The translations under genes and the position numbers were made by a program. From Podarcis bocagei (lineage: Eukaryota), in NCBI GenBank assembly GCA_964188305.1, contig OZ076901.1: a stretch of 64,000 nt of DNA, one strand, 5' to 3'. Position 1 is the stretch's first letter; each line of letters begins with the position of its first letter. Positions 40,201-64,000 of the stretch are shown piece after piece. A model generated the notes under the pieces. It saw nothing but the letters and a program-made list of their open reading frames with translations. It searched no databases and was not told where the DNA came from.

Positions 40201-40412
40201 CTCGAGGGAGCAGCGGGAGTGGGGGCGCCCCTTGGGGCAGGAAGGCTCGGGCGCACTCTGCACATGCCCAGGGACTCCCTTGACTCCGCCGGGGGCACGT
40301 GGGCCAAAGGGGGGTTTTCCCAAGACGGGTCCCCCGCGCGCATGTGCAGGCGCAGCCGGAGGCCCCCTCCGCGTCCTCACCTGAGATGCCGCGGTCCTCC
40401 CTCCGCCTCCAT
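29737..40412 (-). CDS. INPP5K: Inositol polyphosphate 5-phosphatase K (SKIP), spliced CDS, short isoform 1383 nt / 460 aa: join(40381-40412, 38479-38586, 37523-37631, 36488-36604, 35636-35811, 34617-34728, 34016-34125, 32490-32679, 31447-31584, 30293-30376, 30096-30200, 29737-29838)
   Basis: 5-phosphatase motifs [49 protein letters not shown] and SDHKPV, followed by a SKICH domain (WDWIGLY). All phases are compatible. Lies between MYO1C and PITPNA. Confidence 0.96.
30096..30200 (-). CDS. INPP5K: INPP5K exon 11 (105 nt, [35 protein letters not shown])
   Basis: cag/gtatg boundaries; end of SKICH domain. Confidence 0.95.
30293..30376 (-). CDS. INPP5K: INPP5K exon 10 (84 nt, [28 protein letters not shown])
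   Basis: cag/gtgag boundaries; SKICH domain. Confidence 0.95.
31165..31300. mobile_element. Palindromic hAT-type MITE inserted in an older SINE remnant
   Basis: caggcatctccaacctgcggccctccagatgttttgg ... ccaaaacatctggagggccgaaggttgggggtgcctg; imperfect 8-bp TSD gtctacaa / gcctacac. Confidence 0.82.
31447..31584 (-). CDS. INPP5K: INPP5K exon 9 (138 nt, start of SKICH domain, ...[13 protein letters not shown])
   Basis: cag/gtgac boundaries. Confidence 0.96.
31700..32048 (-). mobile_element. Sauria (Squam1) SINE, second subfamily, in INPP5K intron 8
   Basis: Reverse-complemented tRNA head and ACCTTT tail; 14-bp TSD gtgctgccacttaa at 31686-31699 and 32049-32062. Confidence 0.93.
32490..32679 (-). 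CDS. INPP5K: INPP5K exon 8 (190 nt, [14 protein letters not shown]...[15 protein letters not shown])
   Basis: cag/gtaat boundaries; catalytic motifs. Confidence 0.97.
33109..33233 (+). mobile_element. tRNA-Lys-derived SINE with CR1-like 3' tail (degenerate)
   Basis: agagcatgaggcttttaatctcagggtcatggatttgagccccactttgggc resembles tRNA-Lys; tail ggattcctgcactgcaagggggtgggctagatggccctt...ccaactctataattcta matches the CR1 ends in this window. Confidence 0.75.
34016..34125 (-). CDS. INPP5K: INPP5K exon 7 (110 nt, [36 protein letters not shown])
   Basis: cag/gtaaa boundaries; PTYKFD motif. Confidence 0.96.
34212..34288. repeat. (CTTT)n(CCTT)n microsatellite in INPP5K intron 6
   Basis: Seen directly. 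Confidence 0.96.
34617..34728 (-). CDS. INPP5K: INPP5K exon 6 (112 nt, [37 protein letters not shown])
   Basis: aag/gtact boundaries; catalytic GDLNFR motif. Confidence 0.96.
35636..35811 (-). CDS. INPP5K: INPP5K exon 5 (176 nt, GNKGGV...NCHLPAH...NVLDH)
   Basis: tag/gtgag boundaries; homology. Confidence 0.96.
35966..36100. mobile_element. Short non-autonomous DNA transposon (hAT-like)
   Basis: Imperfect TIRs cagtgctattttt ... aaaaaaagccctg; internal direct repeat ggtgtcggaact / tgtgtcggaact; no clear TSD. Confidence 0.55.
36488..36604 (-). CDS. INPP5K: INPP5K exon 4 (117 nt, [16 protein letters not shown]...TGLYGYW)
   Basis: cag/gtaag boundaries; homology. Confidence 0.96.
37042..37235 (-). 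mobile_element. Degenerate CR1 3'-end fragment
   Basis: aagaacataagaag...gggccaaaggggtcctctagccc, similar to the element at 10174. Confidence 0.65.
37523..37631 (-). CDS. INPP5K: INPP5K exon 3 (109 nt, [36 protein letters not shown])
   Basis: cag/gtaat boundaries; homology. Confidence 0.96.
37866..38203 (-). mobile_element. Polyadenylated retroposed insertion, probably an L1-clade 3' end, in INPP5K intron 2
   Basis: AT-rich, T-run and tttatt at the left end (AATAAA plus A-tail on minus); 15-bp TSD cactgagtactgact at 37851-37865 and 38204-38218. Confidence 0.75.
38479..38586 (-). CDS. INPP5K: INPP5K exon 2 (108 nt, [36 protein letters not shown])
   Basis: aag acceptor, gtagg donor; VTWNV motif. 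Confidence 0.95.
38752..39029 (-). CDS. INPP5K: INPP5K alternative first exon 1b (278 nt, [23 protein letters not shown]...KQKLLGI-R), giving a 542-aa isoform
   Basis: Open frame with protein-like composition; ccccATGG start; donor AG|gtgccc is phase 2, in frame with exon 2 across a 165-nt intron. Confidence 0.78.
40381..40412 (-). CDS. INPP5K: INPP5K first exon 1a ([11 protein letters not shown], 32 nt, phase 2)
   Basis: gccgcgATGG Kozak context in a CpG island; donor AG|gtgagg; in frame with exon 2. Confidence 0.85.
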
Positions 40413-40710
40413 CGCGGCTGCCCGAGAAAGAAGAGGCGGGCGAGACCGGAGGAAAGAGCTCGCTCCGCTCTTGTGACCGCTCCGGCCAATCGGGGCAGGG
40501 GACGAGGTCGGCGCGCCTCCTGATTGGCTGGGATGCCAAGAGGCCGCGTCGTTCTGAGCACGTGATGCAAACAACGGGGAGCGAACGCAGAGCTACCCAA
40601 AAAGGATAGAGTGTCATATCCGGTGCACTTCCGGGTAGAAACAAGAAGCTGGCCAGAGAAGTCAATGGGGTTTTGAGGGTCGCTGCGACCCTGGTGCCTG
40701 CTGCTCTTCA

Positions 40711-40832
40711 TGATTTGAATTAATTTTATAATGTAATGATTTTATAATGTATTATTTTATTGTTGTTAGCCGCCCTGAGCCCGGCTTCGGCTGGGAAGGG
40801 CGGGATATAAATAAAATTTATTATTATTATTA
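40711..40832 (+). mobile_element. LINE 3' tail (L2-like) ending in (TTA)n, inside the INPP5K CpG island
   Basis: AT-rich lead-in, gttagccgccctgagcccggcttcggctgggaagggcgggatataaataaa, then (TTA)n. Confidence 0.65.
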
Positions 40833-41836
40833 TGGGGCCTGACCCCAACCCGCAATATCCGCGCGAGGTTACCCTGCAAGGCTGTTGCAGGCGGCTCTCT
40901 TCCGCGCAGAGGACTCTCCGCTCTGCTGCAGCGATGGCCGGCGCAGTAAAATGAACGTATTTCTCGCAAAATAAAAACCTGCACGTGCCTGCGGCGTTTT
41001 GTGCGTGTGTTTCTTTTGCGGGGAGGGGGGGGGCGCTTGCCCTTCGCGGTCCGGGCTGCCCCTGTTTTCTACGTGCTGCTCTCACTTGAGGGAGGAAGAT
41101 TCAAACATGGTTTCTCAATTGGATCCAGGGAGTGGCCCATCCCGGCAGCAAAATGGTCCCCTCTGTATATTTCATATCTCCGGGGGAGCGCGGCCCCGAC
41201 GGAGTCCCTTCGAGAGCGGGCCGTGACGTCCCGCAGCTGCCTTCCGGGTCGGCTTCGGGCCCAGGAGCGCTGCAGGGCGGGCGGTGTGGCGGGGCCGTCG
41301 GAAGGCCGGCTAGGAGGAGGGTCGGAGGGGGAAAGGGCTTGTCCCAGAGCGCGACGCGGCAGGAAGCCCCACGGAGCGCAGCAGCGGAGCTTTCCTAGCC
41401 GCGTCTCAGGTCGCACGATAAATACAACCTCGATGTGTCCCTTTCGGGAGCGGAAGTGACCGGCCTCAAAGCTCATAAGAATGCAGGGAGCCTCGCCTTG
41501 TACTCGCTTTATATATAAATTAGGGCTGTCCCACTAGAAAAGGCCGGACACGCGAGTGCAAATGCGGAATAAGAGAGACCCAAGAACACGTGCAGAGCAC
41601 CCCTTCTGCGGTAGGAAGGCACTAGGGGCTCCTGCCTTGCCTCCGGGAAACTGCAGGCTAGGAGACGCTTCTCCCGTCGCTCCTTCGGCTCCTGACGCCT
41701 TCCCAGCGTCTTCTGGGAGGGGATTCATTCACTCACTCCCCAAGTCCCACCCCCGGCTGTCACCAACTCTACTGAAATCATGGTCTCCACTGTAGCCTTC
41801 TAAGAGGACAACCAGGGAAGCCCACCCACTCCCTAT

Positions 41837-41971
41837 CAGCCTCTCTCAACTTGTGGGTACCCAGATGTTGAACTACAACTCCCATCACCCCTAGCTAGCA
41901 AGGCCAGAGCTCAGGGGTGATGGGAGTTGTAGTCCAACATCATCTGGAGACCTACAGGTTGAGAACCGCTG
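41837..41971. mobile_element. Palindromic hAT-type MITE (same family as 31165)
   Basis: actacaactcccatcacccct ... aggggtgatgggagttgtagt hairpin. More decayed copies at about 7797-7887, 28870-28965, 49960-50062, 53704-53790, 58225-58320 and 63080-63120. Confidence 0.78.
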
Positions 41972-42151
41972 CAAGCACTGCTGTGTCGTCCTTAGAGATT
42001 TCCCCCTGGTTACTGGAGTCCAGCTGCTCAGTAAGCACAACAGCTGTCACAGCTTCCCTACCTGCTTCCCTCCTCCAGTTAAAGAGAAGTCATTCACACT
42101 GGCTGACACCCCCCCTAAAAGATACCGGGGTGGGGGAGAGACAAAACAACC

Positions 42152-42205
42152 CCTTCCTTCCTTCCTTCCTTCCTTCCTTCCTTCCTTCCTTCCTTCCCTC
42201 CTTCC
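42152..42205. repeat. (CCTT)n microsatellite immediately past the PITPNA poly(A) site
   Basis: Seen directly. Confidence 0.95.
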
Positions 42206-42234
42206 CTCCCACCCAAGAAAAAGCCAGACTGCAG

Positions 42235-44863
42235 GCCAATGCTCTGTCTATGATTTTATTAGATTTGTTTCCAATATGCCTGTATTGGAAGATTGGGAGA
42301 CAAAAAAAGGCACAAACTCACATTAAAGAAACAATAAGATCATCTAATCAAGTCTACAAAGTGTTTGCCATAAAAAGGAGTTGCACTAGGAACCAACCAA
42401 AACAGATCAGGGAGTCCCTGCAGAGGCCAGCAGAGGATGAGCCCAGAAAGGCAAGAGCATGCTGGTGGGGTGGGGGGCTTCTCTCCCCCCACTGGGCTCC
42501 AAAGATGGAAGCCCAGGCAGGTGTTGGGAGAAAGCAGCTCAGCTCAGCAACCATACCCACCCTCCTCCAAGCCAACAGGTTGGGGTGGGGTCTGGGTGAT
42601 GAAGCCAAATGCAACATGTTACGCGGTGCCTCCGCAGCACCCTCTCTGCTCCCATTGCTGGGCTCCCCCCTCCTCCCAAGAAGGAACAAAGAGGTCAGTC
42701 GTCACGGGGGGGGGGGGCAGGGGAGGCAGAGAGAAGGCTCAGAAGATGTGCCTCAGCTACAGTTCGGCAGGAGGCGAACTCTAAAAAAACGCAACACGCA
42801 AAGAGCAGAACAAAGGACACACAGTGGAAGTTTGCTGCATTTTTCTCGCTCTTACTGCTAAGCAGGAAAGCTTTGTGTTTTAATGAGAGCTTTCACCTTC
42901 ATACCACAATCTTCCCTTGATTTTCTCCCCCACCCTTCAAAATGTCACCATCTGTTTCCATAGAGATGTGGTGTCACCAGCTACAAAGCCTCTCAGCTAA
43001 AAAACAAATCTTTAAGCAGCAGGAGTGATAAGAACAGCCATAGAAACAGTTAACACATTCAAGTATAAGAATCCTCTTACACTTCATTACCAAAAGAAAA
43101 AAAGGAAAAAAATGTTCAGTGTTTTAATTCCCAATTCTCAGTATTTTACAGTACAGGAAGATTAACCAGGGGGCCTCCTTGCCCTGGAGGGGAGGGAGGA
43201 GGGAGCACCCGACACATTCCTGGTCCCACAGACTTTGCCCCAACCCCTGGGCTTCTCTTTCTCAGGCAGGCAAGGCAGGCCCAGTGCTGAGCCATGCCTC
43301 CCGCTCCGCCTGGGGACCTTGCTAAAAGCCCCTTTCCCCCAAAGCCCCTCAAGTCACCTGTCAAGAGAGCGCGACCAGAACGGATCAAGCTTGCTTATTG
43401 CACTTGGACATTGATAAGGCAAAAAATGGACAAAACAAGAGGACAAGAGGGATAAACTGCCTCCTCTCAAGGCAAAGCTGCCCGTCATCACCCTGCTTGT
43501 CTCCCACCCTCTCTGTCTGGCAAGGGCCACTGCTTCAGGCGCAGAGCTTGCTCTGGAGGGAGAAAGGGAGGAGACCCGGCTACAGAGGTGCCACACCAAG
43601 GCATGGCCTCAGCTCTGCTTCCACCAGCTCCTGAGTGAAGCCGGCAGTGTTTGTTCAACCCGCTCTTTCTCCTGTGATTGTCTTAAGCAGCTGCCAGCCC
43701 ACAGGCAAGTGGGCTTCAGAAGCCCCTCCTCAGCAGCAAAGAGCTCAGCCAGCTTTTGGCCATGACCCCTGCAGCTCCTGGCAACCGAGAGAGACAGATC
43801 ACCCCCTCTGCAGTGCCACTGCTCCGTGCTACGGGCCTTATTGCTCAGGAGCATCACAAACGCCCAACACAAGCAGCGCCTGAGCAGGAAACAACCAAAG
43901 AACGGGATTCTGCTTGTGCAATTTGTTTGGTGGTCGGGTTAAGAGACCATTCCGCTCGTCTACTGTAGTAAAGGGGAAGGTGGAGGAGACCCAGGACTGT
44001 TTTCTTAGCAGGCCAACTAAGTCACCTGCTCCCACCACCCCAAAAGCGGCAATGTGGACCTTGAGGACCACACTGGAAGGGGCTCAGCAGGCAGAACCTG
44101 GGCAAGGAGCAGAGGCTGGCGCAGGTGCACTGCTAGTAGCAATCTTCCCTGCTCCTTGTTGCCAGGAGCCCTGCCCATCACCGTGATATTCAGGGAGCAA
44201 AAAGGTTGGCCTGACACCCTCTAATACTGAGTTCCCATCTCCACAAATGGACAAAGAAAGGTGAAGAAACCAAGGCAGCAGTTTATCCCAGTGTTTCAAA
44301 GGAAAAATATAGATATATACATACATATGAAATCTAAATCACCACATCACAAGACTATTTCAGCTAAAACGGTCACTTGGAAATCAAAGAGCCACGTGGG
44401 AATCGGGCTGAACACTCTTCTGGGGAAGGCGCCTGTGTCACAGGTGCAGCCATCCCCCAGGAAGCGCCTCCAGCCCAGGTGCCAAGGCCAGAGCGCTCAG
44501 GACCAGAGGACTGTCTATTTGCTCACGATAGTAAGGGCCACTAGAGTTAGCTAGGGGAGGTTGGAAGTCGCCTGCTGACTGGATAGAGGAGGGCTTGATC
44601 CAGAGATGGTCCGTTGGTCAAGAGGGTGGAGTTCCTGGGCCTTCCTGCTGGCTGTTTTGCAAACTTAAGGAAAGAAAGAGAGAAACTGGGTTACTTCAGT
44701 GGCTTGAAAGCGATCTTCCAAGTGGGGAAACTCTGCTGGGTAGCTGGATTTATTAAACACTCCTGAGTATATGGCAGTCATTTTTGAAGGAGGGGGAGTG
44801 CCTTTTCTGTCAGGGATGACACTGCACGGTTTCAACAGTGAGGGTACAGTCAACTGTGCAACC
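42235..44863 (-). other. PITPNA: PITPNA non-coding last exon / ~2.6 kb 3'UTR
   Basis: Acceptor ctctccag|GGTTGC at 44863; UTR-like composition; AATAAA (minus strand) at 42255-42260; 3' end approximate. Confidence 0.7.
42255..42260 (-). terminator. Putative PITPNA polyadenylation signal AATAAA
   Basis: tttatt on + strand at the end of the UTR-like tract, followed downstream (minus sense) by a G/A-rich (AAGG)n tract. Confidence 0.65.
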
Positions 44864-45154
44864 CTGGAGAGCCAGCAGCAGACTTATTCCATGTCCTGCT
44901 CAGACACCCCACACACACACCAAAAGCCTCCTGCAGCCGAGCCCACAAAGAACATTTGCACCAGGAATTTATTGCACTTGGCACAGATGTTTCTCTTGAT
45001 ATTTATGCTTGGAGCCAATGCAGGATCCTTAAGAAGGGACAACACAGCTCATGTCAGAAGCACCCTGTCCCCATATTTGTGGCACTGCCTCTTTTCTAAC
45101 CTTTGAAGGCAGCCCCAAAGATGTGGACATACCGTGCAAAGAGAGGAATCCACG

Positions 45155-61955
<16,801 letters not shown>

Positions 61956-62412
61956 GGCGGGCGGGCGGGCGGCGGCGGCTCCTGGCGGTCCGTCCTGCTC
62001 CTCCTCGTCCTGCGGGGCTGCGCTCCGTCTCTCCTCGCCCGCCGTCCGCCTCTTTCTGGGCTCCGCGCGCGGCCCGGACGGAGCGCCGAAGGGAGGGGGC
62101 GGGAGCGAGAGGGGAGGGGGCGGCGCACCGAGAGGGAAGGAACGAGCGTTCCCCGGCAACAGCCGCTGCGTCACTGCGACGCGTCCCCGGCGCGATGGCG
62201 TCACGCCGCGGAGGGAAAGCGGGAGGGTGGGGCGCGCGAGCGGCGCGTGCGCAGGAGGCGCGCGGGAAGGTTGAGGCGGGTCGGGAGGCGCTCTGCGTAT
62301 GCTCAGAGGCATTCCTTGCTTCCAGTGATAAGGGCGCCAGCCGCCTCTTTCGCTCGCTCGGCAACGTGCCCCCACTTCACGTCCCTGTCCTGGTGCCTCG
62401 GTTTCTATCCAG

Positions 62413-62601
62413 GATAATTTTAGGTTATATGTTAGTGACTAAGTTTTAATTTTTATATTTTTTAACTGTTGCTATATCTGTATTGTCCCTGTTATACCTA
62501 ATTGCAAATTCAAATGTATCCCTATCATGTTTTATGACTTCCTTGATATTCTATGTGGGCTGGAACTGGTCTGTGACCGAAATAATAAAATTCATTCATT
62601 C
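62413..62601 (+). mobile_element. AT-rich retroelement 3' end with (ATTC)n tail, just upstream of the PITPNA promoter
   Basis: aataataaaattcattcattcat tail; near-TSD atccaggat (62407) / atccagaat (62602); family not identified. Confidence 0.55.
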
Positions 62602-62779
62602 ATCCAGAATGTGGCGGACGTCCAAAGGAGCCCCGTGGGGTTCATCCTGAAACAGAGCAGCGGCTGAGAGAGGGGGCTCCCCCCCATGTTGGTGAACTGC
62701 AACCCCACACAGCCCCACGGCTTCCCCCAAAGAATCCCAAGAAGGGTAGTTCTGGGATGGGGTAAACTATAGTTCCCAG

Positions 62780-63029
62780 CTGAAGCTGAGGCTCCAAGAC
62801 TTTGGCCACCTCGTGACAAGAGAAGACTCCCTGGAACAGACCCTGATGCTGGGAAAGATGGAGCGCGCAAGGAGAAGGGGATGGCAGAGGACGAGATGGT
62901 TGGACAGTGTTCTGGAAGCTACCAGCATGAGTCTGACCAAACTGCGGCAGTGGAAGACAGGAGGGCCTGGCGTGCTCTGGTCCAGGGGGTCACAAAGAGT
63001 CGGACATGACTAAACGACTAAACAACAAC
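62780..63029 (+). mobile_element. Bov-B (RTE) LINE 3' fragment
   Basis: REDSLEQTLMLGKMERARRRGWQRTRWLDSV; (AAC)n tail; 11-bp TSD atagttcccag at 62769-62779 and 63030-63040. Confidence 0.92.
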
Positions 63030-64000
63030 ATAGTTCCCAGGTTTCTTTGGGGGAAGTCATGTGTGGATGTACCAGCATAGTCAGGGATCGGGGCGGTGGG
63101 AGTTGTAGTCCAACAACACTTGCACTCCTTCCCCACACCTGCCTATTCAATTCATCAGTTAGTTGGTGGGAATTTTTCCATATTTTGGGGGGTGGGGTGG
63201 GGGAAGCACCCTTTTGAAAAGGGTTTGGCTGGAAGGAAGGTTCAGCTGCTGAAAGGTGGTTTGGAGGGCTGAGTCTGCCCCCCCCCCTTTGCAAAGCATG
63301 ACTCAGCTGCTAAGGAGGAGGAGGAGGAGATCCTGCCCCACCCTGAGCCCTGGGACAGCCCTTTCTGCATGGCAGGGCAATCTGGTGCCTCCACCCTGCA
63401 CGGAGAATGAAGTGAGCCTGGGATAGCCGCCTGCTGTCATCCTCATTTCAAGGGTTGCTAGGTTTCCGGGTTTATACCGGCTGAGCTGGTTACACTGGTT
63501 GTTCCTCAGCTGCCTCTGATAGTAGAAGTTTCTCATTGTCTTTGCAGGATGTCACCCTCTCCATGGCCCAGTACAGCCCTGGGAGGGAATTCCAGCAAAA
63601 GAGGAGCCCTGCAGGATCAGGCCATGGAGCCCAGCCTCCCACTTCCTGCAGGTGCTTCTGGGAAGCCCAGAAAGGGAATAAAAGCATGGGCTCTCCCTCC
63701 CTGCTGCCCTCCAGAATCTGTCATTCAGAGGTAGACTGCCCTTGAAAGTGGAGGTTCTACACAGCCATCGGAAGGCTGCTGCTTCTTCCTCCTTGGATTT
63801 CCCCCTTCTAAAGCAAGCTGAGCTAGTGGCCATCTCCACTTCATGTGGCAATGAGTTCGGTTACATGTTGTGTGAAGGACTTCCTTTTGTCTGTTTTGAA
63901 TCTCTGGCTCAGGAACCTTTTACAGTCTAAGGGCTGCACATATGTGGGGAGCGGGGGCCAGAAGCAAAATGGGCATTTGCCTTGCTACACAGTTTCTGCA

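Larger units (their letters stand above)
39700..41720. promoter_or_regulatory. INPP5K CpG-island promoter, probably bidirectional
   Basis: CpG-rich; CCAAT boxes (~40486, ~40522), E-box CACGTG (~40559), ETS CACTTCCGG (~40627) and CGGAAGTG (41451), YY1-like AAAATGG (~41150), TGACGTC (~41224). Confidence 0.8.

Noticed and set aside
41440-41620. TATA box plus octamer-like ATTTGCAC suggesting a Pol III type-3 or snRNA gene
   Set aside because: No match I can recognise to U6, 7SK, RMRP, RPPH1, Y, vault, U11/U12 or TERC, and no clear PSE spacing or T-run terminator. An Rfam scan would be needed.
41917-42861. 314-aa plus-strand ORF
   Set aside because: Starts in a MITE, crosses the (CCTT)n repeat and is antisense to the PITPNA 3'UTR; no recognisable protein features.

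Overview
Eukaryotic, vertebrate genomic DNA. It is most likely from a squamate, probably a lacertid lizard, judging by Sauria/Squam1 SINEs, Bov-B, CR1 and abundant palindromic hAT and Mariner MITEs. The window holds the syntenic block MYO1C - INPP5K - PITPNA (human 17p13.3 order), all on the minus strand. PITPNA can be reconstructed completely: 11 coding exons giving 271 aa, including an 8-nt microexon, a GC-AG intron and an intron in the 3'UTR. INPP5K/SKIP is also complete: 12 coding exons and two alternative phase-2 first exons, giving 460 aa or 542 aa. Only the 5' alternative exons of MYO1C are present; the rest of that gene lies left of the window. There are three CpG-island promoters, many transposon insertions (several with clear target-site duplications, some nested), microsatellites and one 129-nt assembly gap. 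There is no prokaryotic-type system, CRISPR array or intact autonomous element, and most ORFs in the supplied track are GC-rich shadow ORFs. The most interesting leads are hypotheses: an INPP5K N-terminal extension carrying an RxRxxS motif and an AKAP-like helix, a possible GC-donor/NMD switch in PITPNA, and candidate extra MYO1C N-terminal exons.
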